From Marinobacter sp. (GTDB taxonomy: Bacteria; Pseudomonadota; Gammaproteobacteria; Pseudomonadales; Oleiphilaceae): a stretch of 64,000 nucleotides of DNA. This document shows positions 1 through 11,061 of the stretch, piece by piece (position 1 is the stretch's first letter; each line of letters opens with the position of its first letter). The position numbers were made by a program, and so were the translations under genes. Under the pieces are notes generated by a model. It ran no database searches. It was not told where the DNA came from and worked only from the letters and a program-made list of their open reading frames with translations. The stretch spans positions 21,161 to 85,160 of the forward strand of contig NZ_DATFKH010000120.1 in NCBI RefSeq assembly GCF_035268745.1. The letters run 5' to 3'.

Positions 1-20
1 GACCAGGGATTACGAAAACA

Positions 21-2846
21 ATGAAAGCACCTGAATTTCCAGACAACGAAGCTGAACGACAGGCCGCGCTCGACCAGACCGGATTGCTTGTTACCGGGGC
101 TGAGGAGCGGTTTGATCGTCTGACCCGAATGGCCAGAATCGCCTTTCGGGTGCCCATTGCCCTTGTCAGCCTCATTGACCGGGAGCGACAGTGGTTCAAA
201 TCCAGGCAGGGACTGGGAGCCGAGGAAACGCCGCGCGACCTGTCTTTCTGCGGCCATGCCATTCACCAGCCAGACCTGTTCATCATTGAAAACGCACTGG
301 AAGATGAGCGCTTCAGAGACAACCCGCTGGTTCAAGAAGAGCCCCGGATCCGCTTTTATGCCGGGGCCCCGCTGCACACTTCAGAGGGATTCAGGCTGGG
401 CACGCTCTGTATCATCGACCGCGAGCCACGAACGCTAGACGACGAAGAAAAACAGCTACTGCGGGAAACCGCGGACTGCGTCGAACGCGAGATCAACCTT
501 CAGGCAGCTTCCGGTTTTTACCAGGAACTTCTGAAAAGCGAGCATCGGTCCAGGGCAGTCATTGCGGGCACAAGGGTCGGCACCTGGGAATGGAATGTCC
601 AGACCGGCGAAACCGTTTTCAACCAGCGCTGGGCTGAAATCTGCGGTTACCGGCTTGCCGAGCTGGAGCCGGTCAATATCCAGACCTGGCTCGACCTTGC
701 CCATCCGGACGATCTGGCCGAATCCGGACGGTTACTGCAGGCTCATTTCAGAGGTGAGCTGCCGCAGTATGATTTCCGCTGCCGGATGCAGCACAAGGAC
801 GGTCACTGGGTATGGGTGCACGACCGTGGCCAGGTATTCGAATGGACCGAAACCGGCGAGCCACTGATGATGTTTGGCACCCACGCTGATATCTCGAAAG
901 AAATGAACAACCTGAACCGGATTCAGGAGCAGAACAACGTGCTCGGAATCCTCAACCAAGTGGCTCTTGACCCGGAAACCGACGACGATGCCCGCATTGA
1001 AAATGCCCTCAGCCTCGCGTCCCGGTATCTTGAACTGCCCACTGGCATCGTCAGCGAAATTACCGGCAGCGTGTATTCAGTGCGCTGGTTTGTCGCACCC
1101 GAGAGTTCCGGAATCGCCAGAGGTCTCAGTTTCCGTCTTGCAGAGACATACTGCTCGCTGTTGCTGGAAAAAGGTGACTGCCTTGCGATCACAGAAATGG
1201 CCAGTTCCCATTTCCGCTATCGCAAGTGCTACCAGACCTTTCAGCTGGAAAGCTATCTGGCTGCCCCGATTGTGGTTCGTGGCGGGCTCTTCGGTACCCT
1301 GAATTTTTCCTCGGCCCAACCCCGCACAAAAAGCTTTTCCGACACCGAAATTACATTTGTCACCCTGCTCGCCCGCTGGATTGGCGGTATTCTCGAACGC
1401 CGGCATGGGGTTCAGATGCTGACCAAACTGGTGGAACAGACACCGGGCATGCTCTATCAGTTCCGGCAATGGCCCGACGGCCGTTCGGCCTTTCCCTACT
1501 CAAGCCCGCACATCCGGGACATTTACGGTGTTGACAGCGACACGGTAAGGGAAGACGCGTCCGAGGCGTTCCGGAAAATTTATCCGGATGACCTCCCGAA
1601 TGTCGCCGGGAGCATTGAGCGGTCAGCGCAAACACTGTCGGTGTGGAGTTGTCAGTATCGCGTCAATCGCGGGAATTCCCGCTGGCGCTGGGTCGAAGGC
1701 AGAGCCACCCCCGAAGCCATGCCGGATGACAGCGTTATCTGGCATGGCTATATTGCCGACATAGACGACAGCAAACGAACGGAAATCGCCCTGCAGCAAA
1801 GTGAAGCCCAGCTAAGAAGGCTTTATGAGCTTTCACCCATCGGTATCGCTCTGACCGAATTCCGCACCGGAAACTTTCTTGATGTGAACGAGGCATTGCT
1901 GAAGCCCACGGGATACCATCGGGACGATCTGATGGCGATGGACTTCTGGCAGCTTCTGCCGGGCGACACCGAAAGCCGGCAGCAGGAAATCATCCGGAGC
2001 CTGAAATCGGAAAAGCGTTTTGGCCCCTATGAAATGGCGATCAGAAGAGCTGACGGCTGCAATTACCCGGCCGTCATGCAGGGGGTAAAAATCTATGATG
2101 CCTCCGGAAGGTCCCTGGTCTGGACGCTGATCGAGGACATTTCAGAACGCAAGAAAGTGGACCGGATGAAAAATGAATTCATCGCCACCGTGAGCCACGA
2201 ACTTCGCACCCCACTCACCTCCATCGCCGGATCCCTCGGCCTTCTTGCCGGAGGATCTCTGGGGCAACTTCCGAGGCAGGTTGACCAGTTAGTCTCGATT
2301 GCCTACCGGAACAGCAAGCAACTGAATCAACTGGTTGACGAGCTGCTGGATATGGAAAAACTGATTTCCGGAAAAATGACAATGAACCTGATGCGGGAAT
2401 CCCTGGTTCCGATTATTCAGGATTCCATTGAACAGCTTGAATCCTATGCTCTGGAGCAGGAAATTACCGTCAACTTTGAACATCCAGCGGAGGACTTCCT
2501 TGCCAGCATCGACCGCGCGCGCCTGAAGCAGGCCTTGAATAACCTGCTCTCCAATGCCATCAAGTTTTCGCCGGACAAGGGTGAGGTTGAGGTCAGAATG
2601 GAGAAAGTTAGGAACTGCATTCGAATTCTTGTTACCGATCATGGCACGGGCATCCCCGAGAATTTCCGGGCTCGCATCTTCCAGAAATTCGCCCAGGCCG
2701 ACAGCTCGGACACCCGGGGAAAACGGGGAACCGGCCTGGGCCTCGCCATCACCCGGGAAATCATGTCCCAGATGGGTGGCCAGGTAAGCTTCGAATCGGT
2801 CGAGGGTGAGGGCGCAACCTTCTGGCTTGATCTGGACCAGGCCTGA
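21..2846 (+). CDS. Cytoplasmic GAF-PAS-GAF-PAS-PAS sensor histidine kinase
   Basis: 941 aa. N-terminal GAF (RFYAGAPL..GTLCIID), PAS repeats, H-box SHELRTPLTSI, HATPase G-boxes DHGTGIP and GTGLGL. No TM segment seen. Confidence 0.9.
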   Translation: MKAPEFPDNEAERQAALDQTGLLVTGAEERFDRLTRMARIAFRVPIALVSLIDRERQWFKSRQGLGAEETPRDLSFCGHAIHQPDLFIIENALEDERFRDNPLVQEEPRIRFYAGAPLHTSEGFRLGTLCIIDREPRTLDDEEKQLLRETADCVEREINLQAASGFYQELLKSEHRSRAVIAGTRVGTWEWNVQTGETVFNQRWAEICGYRLAELEPVNIQTWLDLAHPDDLAESGRLLQAHFRGELPQYDFRCRMQHKDGHWVWVHDRGQVFEWTETGEPLMMFGTHADISKEMNNLNRIQEQNNVLGILNQVALDPETDDDARIENALSLASRYLELPTGIVSEITGSVYSVRWFVAPESSGIARGLSFRLAETYCSLLLEKGDCLAITEMASSHFRYRKCYQTFQLESYLAAPIVVRGGLFGTLNFSSAQPRTKSFSDTEITFVTLLARWIGGILERRHGVQMLTKLVEQTPGMLYQFRQWPDGRSAFPYSSPHIRDIYGVDSDTVREDASEAFRKIYPDDLPNVAGSIERSAQTLSVWSCQYRVNRGNSRWRWVEGRATPEAMPDDSVIWHGYIADIDDSKRTEIALQQSEAQLRRLYELSPIGIALTEFRTGNFLDVNEALLKPTGYHRDDLMAMDFWQLLPGDTESRQQEIIRSLKSEKRFGPYEMAIRRADGCNYPAVMQGVKIYDASGRSLVWTLIEDISERKKVDRMKNEFIATVSHELRTPLTSIAGSLGLLAGGSLGQLPRQVDQLVSIAYRNSKQLNQLVDELLDMEKLISGKMTMNLMRESLVPIIQDSIEQLESYALEQEITVNFEHPAEDFLASIDRARLKQALNNLLSNAIKFSPDKGEVEVRMEKVRNCIRILVTDHGTGIPENFRARIFQKFAQADSSDTRGKRGTGLGLAITREIMSQMGGQVSFESVEGEGATFWLDLDQA

Positions 2847-2863
2847 GGGCGGGTGAGGTACCA

Positions 2864-2888
2864 GGCCCGGCGATCCCTTCGCCGGGCC
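2864..2888. terminator. GC-rich hairpin between convergent kinase and acnA
   Basis: Perfect 10-bp inverted repeat GGCCCGGCGA-tccct-TCGCCGGGCC. No U-tract. Confidence 0.45.
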
Positions 2889-2940
2889 CCGGTTCAGGCG
2901 CCAGCCGGGAACCGTCCCGGGCAGGCCTTCGTGCAGCCTT

Positions 2941-5700
2941 TCACGCAGACTTGAGCATTTCCCGCACCACATAGTGCAGGATGCCGCCATGCCTGAAGTA
3001 GACCGCCTCGTTGGCGGTATCGATCCGTGATTTCAGCTCACAGGTTTCGGTCCCGCCGTCCGGATAGGTCACCGTCATCCTGACAGTCTGGCCCGGCCTG
3101 ATCTCACCGGACAGCCCTTCGATGCTGATGGTTTCCTCCCCGGTCAGCTTCAGACTCTTGCGGTCGGTGCCTTCCGGGAACTGCAGCGGCATCACGCCCA
3201 TGCCGATCAGGTTGGAGCGATGGATGCGCTCGTAGGACTCGGCCACCACCGCTCTCACACCCAGCAGCCGGGTCCCCTTGGCCGCCCAGTCACGACTGGA
3301 ACCGGTACCGTATTCCTTGCCGGCAACCACCACCAGCGGCGTGTTTTTTTCCTGGTACTTCATGGCCGCATCGTAAATGGGCATCTGTTCACCGGTAGGC
3401 ACAAACCGGGTGAAACCACCCTCGACGCCGTCCAGCATTTCGTTCTTGATGCGCACGTTGGCAAAGGTGCCGCGCATCATCACTTCATGGTTGCCCCGGC
3501 GTGAACCGTAGGAGTTGAAATCCTTGGGCTCGACGCCGTTTTCCTGCAGGTACTTGCCCGCCGGTGAATCGGCTTTGAAAGAACCGGCCGGAGAGATGTG
3601 GTCGGTAGTGACCGAATCCCCGAGTATCGCCAGAATATGGGCATCCTTGACGTCTTCGATCGGATCCGGCTCTTCCTTCAGGCCCTTGAAGAAGGGCGGA
3701 TGCTGGATGTAGGTGGACTTGTCGGACCATTCGTAGACCTTGCTTTCCGGCACCTTGATGGCCTGCCAGGTTTCATCGCCATCGAATACCTCGGCATATT
3801 CCTTGTGGAACATGTCGGTTTTGACCTTTTCGACCGCTGCCGCAATTTCCTGCTGGCTCGGCCAGAGGTCTTTCAGGTAGACCGGGTTGCCTTCCTTATC
3901 GGTTCCCAGCGGGTCTTTCGACAGATCCAGACGAACATTGCCCGCCAGCGCGAACGCCACCACCAGGGGCGGTGACGCCAGCCAGTTGGTTTTCACGCTG
4001 GGGTGTACCCGGCCCTCGAAGTTACGGTTGCCGGACAGCACCGAGGCAACCGTCAGGTTGCCGTCGTCAATCGCCTTTTCAACTTCATCCGGCAGCGGGC
4101 CGGAGTTACCGATACAGGTGGTGCAGCCATAACCGACCAGATTGAAGCCGAGCTTGTCCAGGGCATCCTGGAAGCCACCGACCCGCAGGTAATCCGTCAC
4201 TACCTTCGACCCTGGCGCAAGCGATGTCTTTACCCATGGCTTGGCATCCAGACCCTTGTCAACGGCTTTCTGGGCGATAAGGCCTGCCGCCATCATCACG
4301 CTGGGGTTTGAGGTATTGGTACAGGATGTGATTGCGGCGATCACCACAGCACCCGGGTCCAGCCGGGTTTTATGGCCTTTCATTTCCAGCGGCTGACTGG
4401 ACGCATGCTCGTAGCTTTTCTCGATGCCGACTGCCGTCTGACCGCCCTCGGATGATAACTCGCCCTCTCCCGCGGTGGCCGGACCCTCTGCGGTTTCCAT
4501 CAGCAACTCGAAAGAAGATTTCATGTCTTTCAGGGCAACCCGGTCCTGCGGACGCTTGGGCCCGGCAAGACTGGCCTCCACTTGCCCCATGTCGAGTTCC
4601 AGGGAATCGGTATACAGTGGTTCATGACCCGGCTCGCGCCAAAGGCCCTGGGCCCTGGCGTAGGCTTCGACCAGCTCAAGCTGTTCTTCTTCACGCCCGG
4701 TCAGGCGCATATAATCGATGGTCTGGTCGTCCACCGGGAAGAAGCCGCAGGTGGCCCCGTACTCCGGCGCCATATTGGCGAGGGTTGCCCGGTCGGCCAC
4801 CGGCATTTCTTTCAGGCCGTCGCCATAGAATTCAACAAATTTGCCCACCACGCCTTTCTTGCGCAGCATTTCAGTGACCGTGAGCACCAGATCAGTCGCG
4901 GTAATTCCTTCCCGCAGTTTGCCGGTCATCTTGAAACCCACGACTTCCGGAATCAGCATCGACACCGGCTGCCCCAGCATGGCGGCTTCGGCCTCGATGC
5001 CACCAACGCCCCAGCCCAGAATTCCCAGGCCGTTGATCATGGTGGTGTGGGAATCGGTGCCCACCAGCGTGTCCGGGTAGGCGATGTGCTTGCCGTCGAT
5101 TTCTTTCTGCCACACGGTCTTGCCCAGATATTCCAGGTTAACCTGGTGGCAGATACCGGTGCCCGGCGGCACCACCCGGAAGTTATCGAAAGCCTGCTGG
5201 CCCCAGCGCAGGAACTCGTAGCGCTCTTCGTTGCGATCCATCTCGATGTCGACGTTGTCGCGAAATGAACTGGGATCGCCGAATTTATCCACCATGACCG
5301 AGTGATCAATGACCAGGTCCACCGGCGACAGCGGGTTGATCATGGCGGGGTCTTTACCGGCTTCCCTGACGGCCGCACGCATCGCGGCAAGATCAACCAC
5401 ACCGGGTACACCGGTAAAATCCTGCATCAGCACCCGGGCCGGACGAAACTGGATTTCAGTCTCGGAGTGCCGGTCTTTCAGCCACTGCACCATGGCATCA
5501 ATGTGCTTGCGCTCGACGGTGGTGTCGTCTTCGTTGCGCAAAAGATTTTCCATCAGGACCTTGAGCGAGAACGGAAGCCGGTCCAGGTCACCCAGAGTTT
5601 TGGCGGCTTTTGGCAAGCTGTAGTAGTGAAAGGTCTTGCCCCCCGCATCCAGGCTGGAAAGGGTATTCAGGCTGTCTTTGCTGAGATTGCTACCGGACAT
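2941..5700 (-). CDS. acnA: Aconitate hydratase A
   Basis: 919 aa with [42 protein letters not shown] (Fe-S cysteines) and [10 protein letters not shown]. Confidence 0.98.
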   Translation of the reverse strand: MSGSNLSKDSLNTLSSLDAGGKTFHYYSLPKAAKTLGDLDRLPFSLKVLMENLLRNEDDTTVERKHIDAMVQWLKDRHSETEIQFRPARVLMQDFTGVPGVVDLAAMRAAVREAGKDPAMINPLSPVDLVIDHSVMVDKFGDPSSFRDNVDIEMDRNEERYEFLRWGQQAFDNFRVVPPGTGICHQVNLEYLGKTVWQKEIDGKHIAYPDTLVGTDSHTTMINGLGILGWGVGGIEAEAAMLGQPVSMLIPEVVGFKMTGKLREGITATDLVLTVTEMLRKKGVVGKFVEFYGDGLKEMPVADRATLANMAPEYGATCGFFPVDDQTIDYMRLTGREEEQLELVEAYARAQGLWREPGHEPLYTDSLELDMGQVEASLAGPKRPQDRVALKDMKSSFELLMETAEGPATAGEGELSSEGGQTAVGIEKSYEHASSQPLEMKGHKTRLDPGAVVIAAITSCTNTSNPSVMMAAGLIAQKAVDKGLDAKPWVKTSLAPGSKVVTDYLRVGGFQDALDKLGFNLVGYGCTTCIGNSGPLPDEVEKAIDDGNLTVASVLSGNRNFEGRVHPSVKTNWLASPPLVVAFALAGNVRLDLSKDPLGTDKEGNPVYLKDLWPSQQEIAAAVEKVKTDMFHKEYAEVFDGDETWQAIKVPESKVYEWSDKSTYIQHPPFFKGLKEEPDPIEDVKDAHILAILGDSVTTDHISPAGSFKADSPAGKYLQENGVEPKDFNSYGSRRGNHEVMMRGTFANVRIKNEMLDGVEGGFTRFVPTGEQMPIYDAAMKYQEKNTPLVVVAGKEYGTGSSRDWAAKGTRLLGVRAVVAESYERIHRSNLIGMGVMPLQFPEGTDRKSLKLTGEETISIEGLSGEIRPGQTVRMTVTYPDGGTETCELKSRIDTANEAVYFRHGGILHYVVREMLKSA

Positions 5701-5911
5701 TGTATTGCCTCCTTTTCGTCTTTATCCGCGCGCTACGGAATGCCGGCAGGCGAAAACTTCGTGCGCCCGAATCGACAAGCGTTCCGTAAAGTCCCCAAGG
5801 ATGACGGTTTGAAACCAGAATTTGAAGTCAGAGTTAACTATTGCACTGATTGCGCAGAGTTCAAGCGCTGGCCCTGACCCAGTCAATTTTTAATCAACCT
5901 CTGGTGAAGGG

Positions 5912-7441
5912 TCAATCAATCCGGTACTGGTTTACCAGTCTGTCGACGTCGCCAACCACACGTTCGATTTCAACCGACATGTCCTGTACGCCACTGGCCT
6001 CCTCAGCTACCCGGACATTGCGGGTCGCCACAGAATGGATGCTCTCGTTGATCTGGACCGACGTTGCCGACTGCTGTTCACAGGCCGAGGCAATCTGCTG
6101 ATTCATGTTACTGACAGCACCGATCGCCTCTTCGATCCGGCTGATTGCCTCGGCGGCATCGCTGATCGCGCGGTTTGATTCGGCCGAGCGGCTCTGCCCC
6201 ATTTCCATGGCCGCGCGGGTAGCCTCTGAAAGCTCTTTCAGTTCGCCCACGGTGGTGCGGATTTCATCCGTCAATTCCTGGGTCCGCCGTGACAGCGACC
6301 GCACTTCGTCCGCCACAACAGCAAATCCTCTGCCGTGCTCCCCGGCGCGCGCAGCCTCAATCGCAGCGTTAAGCGCCAGCAGATTGGTCTGGTCTGAAAT
6401 GTCATTGATGGACCCGGTTACCCGGGAAATGGATTCCACTTTTTCAGCGAGCTGGCTGACCATCCGGCCACTGTCGACCAGTGCCTGATTGGTCGCCTCG
6501 GTCATGGTGCGGGCACTGGCCATGGCCTTGCTGCCAGCAGCAGAAGCCGTGGAGGCATCTGCAGAAGATTCAGACGCCACCTGGGCGTTCTGCGCCACCT
6601 CCTGAACACTGGCTGACATCTGGTTGGAAGCCGTTGCTACCTGATCAGCCTGCTGTTGCTGCTGTTCCACATATTCCCGGGTGTTTGTGCTTGCTACCGC
6701 AAGGCGACCGGCATTTTCGCTGAGGATGCCGGAGAAATGGCGAAGCTCCCTGATCAGCGCACCGGACTGCTCCATCATCTGGTTAAAGGAGCGCGCACTT
6801 GTGCTCTGATCAGTCTCCGGCAGACGCCCTCGCAGGTCCTTGTCGTGGTCAAAGGCGTGCACAATGGTAATCATTTTCAGCGACTGATTCCGCTCTGCGC
6901 TCATCTGGACGGCGAAAAACACCAGAATACCGGCTTCAAACACCACGAAGGCAGCATGCAGAAATGCAATCCCCCAGCTGGCGCCATGATTGAAGATGAT
7001 CACTGGCATCTCGCCAATCTGGGTCTCCATCATCTGCAGACCGGTGAACAGAAAATGGTGAACCGCGATCGTGGCAGCGGCCACCAGAACCGGCAGCCAG
7101 TCCCGGTAGATAATCACCAGCGCCAGCACCGCAAAGATGTGAAAATGCATTTCAATCCGGCCCATCTGGGCCTGGATCATGACCGCAGAGAACAGCATCA
7201 GGCAAGTCGCAAAGACGATCGAGCAGGCGCGCGTGCCACGAAGGAAAAAATAACCGGCCAGCGCCATGGCACCGACAACCACCGAGGCCAGGATCGAAAA
7301 CAGGAAGGTATCAAACCCCAGGGGCACCAGTAATCCGACAACGGGAATATGAACCAGCAGGATAACAAGCATCTGGCGGTCGACCGCCAGTACCTGCTGG
7401 CGGGTAAGCTCATCGCTGCGAAAACTTTCGGTGGCGGCCAT
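5912..7441 (-). CDS. Methyl-accepting chemotaxis protein with multi-TM N-terminal sensor
   Basis: MCP signature [32 protein letters not shown]. Hydrophobic N-terminal ~190 aa contains EMHFHIF..YRDW..VHH. Confidence 0.93.
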   Translation of the reverse strand: MAATESFRSDELTRQQVLAVDRQMLVILLVHIPVVGLLVPLGFDTFLFSILASVVVGAMALAGYFFLRGTRACSIVFATCLMLFSAVMIQAQMGRIEMHFHIFAVLALVIIYRDWLPVLVAAATIAVHHFLFTGLQMMETQIGEMPVIIFNHGASWGIAFLHAAFVVFEAGILVFFAVQMSAERNQSLKMITIVHAFDHDKDLRGRLPETDQSTSARSFNQMMEQSGALIRELRHFSGILSENAGRLAVASTNTREYVEQQQQQADQVATASNQMSASVQEVAQNAQVASESSADASTASAAGSKAMASARTMTEATNQALVDSGRMVSQLAEKVESISRVTGSINDISDQTNLLALNAAIEAARAGEHGRGFAVVADEVRSLSRRTQELTDEIRTTVGELKELSEATRAAMEMGQSRSAESNRAISDAAEAISRIEEAIGAVSNMNQQIASACEQQSATSVQINESIHSVATRNVRVAEEASGVQDMSVEIERVVGDVDRLVNQYRID

Positions 7442-7522
7442 ATCTGTCCTTAACGTTCATGGTTACTGATTGCTTGTCGGCCAGTTGCGGAATTCATTAA
7501 CCGGAACCGGTATTAATTCTCA

Positions 7523-9370
7523 TCAGGCCTGCCGGTCACCGTATAGCTGGGCGTAAAGCCCCTGCTTGGCAATCAGCTCGTCATGGTGGCCTTCTTCACT
7601 GATATAGCCGTCTTCAAACACATAGACCCGATCGGCCTGTTTCACCGCGCTCAGGCGGTGGGCGATGATCAGGGTGGTGCGCTGGCGCAGGAATGCCTCC
7701 AGGTCCTCGTGAAGCTGATACTCGGTTTCCGCATCAAGCGCCGACGTGGCTTCGTCCAGAATGACCACTGACGGGTCAGACAGCACCATTCGTGCGATTG
7801 CCAGGCGCTGGCGCTGGCCGCCGGAAAGCCGGACGCCCTGGCGACCGATCATGGTGTCCAGACCGTCCGGCATTTCCGCCACAGTCCGGTCCAGCTGGGC
7901 AATGCTCAGAGCCTGCCACAGGGCGTCATCGTCACGCTTGCGCCCAAGCGTCAGGTTCTGGCGCACGGTATCATTGAAAAGGGCGGGGTGCTGCAACACC
8001 GTAGCAACATTTTCCCGCAGACGCGGCAGACCAATCCGCTGCACCGGCACGCCGCCAAGCAGAATTTCGCCCTGCTGCGGCGTATACAGCCCCAGTATCA
8101 CCTGAACCAGCGTCGACTTGCCGCCTCCGCTGGCACCTACCACAGCCACTTTCTCTCCGGCCATCACGTGCAGATCAATGCCCCGGAGAATCGGTTCGTC
8201 GCCGTAGCTGAAATGAATATTCCTGAGTTCCAGATCCACCGTGTGCCGATCACGGAATGGATCTTCCAGAGCGGGATAACGCGGTTCCTCTTTCAGTGCC
8301 AGCAGGCGGTTAATCCGGGCCAGCGCGGCGTTGGCGGCAAACCAGGCATACTGCATGGTGAGCATCTCCTGCACCGGCGTCAGCATGAACCAGAGATAAC
8401 CGAAGATAGCGAACATCATGCCGATGCTCAGGTCACTGAGCAGCACCGTGACCATGGCCGCCGCCCGAAAGGTATCGACACCGAACTGGAACAGGGCAAA
8501 ACTGGCGCGGCTGGCTGCGTCGCTGCGCCACTCGAACTGAATGGCATGATCCCGCACGACTCTGGCGCGGGATACCAGATGTTGCAGATAATGGCCTTCC
8601 CGGTTGGCAGCGCGAAGCTGGTGAATAGCGTCCAGGGTTTCCGTCAGATCCCCCTGGAAATCCTCGTAGGCGCTGTTTTCCTGGCGTTTGAGATCCTTCA
8701 CCCGCTTGCTGATCAGCATGGTAGCGAAGATCACCAGAGGATTGAACAGGAGAATCAGCAGGCCCAGCTGCCAGTGCACCCACAACAGCACACAGGCGGT
8801 ACCGGCCACGGTCAGACTGGCCACGACGAAACGGCTGATGGTGGTACCGAGAAACTGGTCGATGGTGTCCAGGTCGGTAATGAAATGGCTGGTAATACCA
8901 CCAGAGCCGCGGGTTTCATATTCCGACATGGCCACCCGCCGCAGGCGACCCAGAAGCTTCGAGCGGATACGGAAGACAACATCCTTGGAGATTTTCGAGA
9001 ACTCGCGGGATTGAGCCACGTTGAACCCGAGTGCCAGCAACCGCAGCAGAAAGGCGGCCAGCACCATGGCACCGATATAGACCAGGGGCAGATGCCACGA
9101 TTCCGGCAACAGCGACTGCATGACCGGCAGTACCGGCCCCGGCTCATCCAGCAGGACCTCATCCACCAGCACCGGCAGCAACAACGGAATCGGCACACTG
9201 ACGACTGTGGCCATGATCGCCAGCAGGTTGGCCCTGACCAGACGCGGCCTGTGCTTCAGCGCCAGCGACAGAATGTCCTTCCAGGCGTAGGGACGGTCTG
9301 GTGCACTGGCAACTTCCCCGGAACGGTCTTCTGTGGCCGAAAACTCGCCTTGCTCTTTTACCTGTTGCAA
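7523..9370 (-). CDS. ABC exporter, fused permease/ATP-binding (MdlB/MsbA-like)
   Basis: TM domain followed by Walker A GASGGGKST, signature LSGGQRQR and Walker B ILDEATSALD. TTG start with GAGGGG RBS. Confidence 0.92.
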   Translation of the reverse strand: MQQVKEQGEFSATEDRSGEVASAPDRPYAWKDILSLALKHRPRLVRANLLAIMATVVSVPIPLLLPVLVDEVLLDEPGPVLPVMQSLLPESWHLPLVYIGAMVLAAFLLRLLALGFNVAQSREFSKISKDVVFRIRSKLLGRLRRVAMSEYETRGSGGITSHFITDLDTIDQFLGTTISRFVVASLTVAGTACVLLWVHWQLGLLILLFNPLVIFATMLISKRVKDLKRQENSAYEDFQGDLTETLDAIHQLRAANREGHYLQHLVSRARVVRDHAIQFEWRSDAASRASFALFQFGVDTFRAAAMVTVLLSDLSIGMMFAIFGYLWFMLTPVQEMLTMQYAWFAANAALARINRLLALKEEPRYPALEDPFRDRHTVDLELRNIHFSYGDEPILRGIDLHVMAGEKVAVVGASGGGKSTLVQVILGLYTPQQGEILLGGVPVQRIGLPRLRENVATVLQHPALFNDTVRQNLTLGRKRDDDALWQALSIAQLDRTVAEMPDGLDTMIGRQGVRLSGGQRQRLAIARMVLSDPSVVILDEATSALDAETEYQLHEDLEAFLRQRTTLIIAHRLSAVKQADRVYVFEDGYISEEGHHDELIAKQGLYAQLYGDRQA

Positions 9371-9534
9371 ATCGCCCCCTCAAAACCCGAATCTCCGGGA
9401 CATACGATACTCTGCCGCTGGCAGCCCAACATTATCGGCTCACTTTTCCCTGCCGCCAGAGCGCTGGTGGCCGGGTCCGCCATCTGCCATCATTACAGCC
9501 TGTCATCCTGTGACCCCTCGGAACCGGACCTATT

Positions 9535-10986
9535 GTGAGACACGACTGCCATTATCACCCGGGCGAACCCGCAAAATGGCATTGTGGCGAATGCCAGATG
9601 CACTACTGTTCCCGCTGCATGCCCGATGCGAACCACCGCAGACAGCATGCGCTGTGCCCACAGTGTAACCGGGTCATGCGTTACCTGGGTGCAGCCACGG
9701 AAGCCGTGCCTTTCTGGAACCGGATTGGCGCATTTTTCCGCTATCCCTTCCATACCGATCCGATGCTGGTCATCGCCATCTGCACCCTGGTTCCGCTGCT
9801 GATCACCGGCAACATTGTCGGGCTTATTGTCTCGCTGGTACTGGTGCTGGCGTTACTGAAATATACCTATGCGGTAATCCGCCATACCGCCGAAGGCCAT
9901 ATGAAGCCCCCGCCCCTGGCGGTAGCCTTCACCGGCAGCGGGTTCGATATCGTGATCCTGCAGCTGCTGGTATTCATCCTGATGGGGGCTCTGGTCGGCG
10001 CCGCCGGGATGCTGGGCGGACCAGTGCTGATGCTGGTAATGCTGGCTCTGGTTGTCCTGGCATTACCGGCCAGCGTGATGGTGCTGGCCATGGAACACTC
10101 CGTTGCCGCCGCGGTAAACCCGCTGAACCTGGCGGTGCTGATTTCCCGCATCGGCAGCCGCTATTTTCTGCTTTATGGCTACCTGATACTGTTATCCGTG
10201 GCCTCCGGCGCTGCCCAGGAATTCGCCTTCAACCATTTTGCCCCTCACCTGGCCAATATTCTTGCCGGCTTCCTGAACAGCACCTTTACCCTGATGCTGT
10301 TTCACATGTTGGGCTATCTGCTGTTCCAGTACCAGGAAGAGCTGGGCTTCGCCAGCGATCATCAGGACCAGGAAAAGCCGGGGGAAAGCCAGGGCCGGGA
10401 CCGCACCCGCCGCTTTGACGCCGACATCGACATGAACCTGAAGGATGGCAACTACGACCGGGTCGAGTCCATGCTGAAGGAGAGTCTGAAGCGGGAGCCG
10501 GCCAACGCCTGCCGGCTGCAGCAGCTGCACTCCCTGCTTACAGCCCGTGATGACCGCCAGGAGCTGTACCGCTACCACCCGCGCCTGCTCGCCATGCTGG
10601 CGGACAGCAATGACGGCGACACCATGGCCGGTCTGCTGGCAACCATCGAGAGCATCCAGCCCGGCTTTAAACCGGATGACCCGGAATTGACGCTGCGCTG
10701 CGCAAAAGTCCTCTATAACCGCGGCCAGTTCAAACCTGCCCTGAAACTGCTACAGGACTTTCACAAGCGCTTTCCCGGCAGCGAATGCCTGCCCCATGCC
10801 TACCTGACAATGGCCCAGGCGCTGGCTAACGGGCTTGGCCAATGGGAAAAAGCCACGGCGTTTCTCAGTTTTGTCAAAAAGCGCTGCGCCAACCACCCGC
10901 TGCATGAACAGATTGATGTGTATCTGCAGCAGGCGCGGAACCGGGAGCCTCTGAAAGGACCCCGGGCATCGTTCAACGTCGAGTAG
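9535..10986 (+). CDS. B-box-like Zn finger + multi-TM (DUF4013-like) + TPR protein
   Basis: N-terminus CHYHP..A..HCGECQMHYCSRC...CPQC, then several TM helices, then a helical TPR-like C-terminus. GTG start. Confidence 0.75.
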   Translation: MRHDCHYHPGEPAKWHCGECQMHYCSRCMPDANHRRQHALCPQCNRVMRYLGAATEAVPFWNRIGAFFRYPFHTDPMLVIAICTLVPLLITGNIVGLIVSLVLVLALLKYTYAVIRHTAEGHMKPPPLAVAFTGSGFDIVILQLLVFILMGALVGAAGMLGGPVLMLVMLALVVLALPASVMVLAMEHSVAAAVNPLNLAVLISRIGSRYFLLYGYLILLSVASGAAQEFAFNHFAPHLANILAGFLNSTFTLMLFHMLGYLLFQYQEELGFASDHQDQEKPGESQGRDRTRRFDADIDMNLKDGNYDRVESMLKESLKREPANACRLQQLHSLLTARDDRQELYRYHPRLLAMLADSNDGDTMAGLLATIESIQPGFKPDDPELTLRCAKVLYNRGQFKPALKLLQDFHKRFPGSECLPHAYLTMAQALANGLGQWEKATAFLSFVKKRCANHPLHEQIDVYLQQARNREPLKGPRASFNVE

Positions 10987-11061
10987 CCCGGCGTCCCGTC
11001 TGGTCAGTTTGCTGAGCTACCGGGCATCCGAGGGGCCTGTCGGTCGGGACACTGGCCACTT

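Noticed and set aside
9476-9501. Possible third copy of the direct-repeat box upstream of the B-box gene (TCCGCC-atct-GCCATC-atta-CAGCCT)
   Set aside because: Only 12/26 identity to either copy. Too weak without a profile search.
7988-9538. Long antisense ORFs (also 22373-24100, 52355-54106, 60160-61638)
   Set aside because: Shadow frames opposite well-supported genes, typical of GC-rich codon bias.
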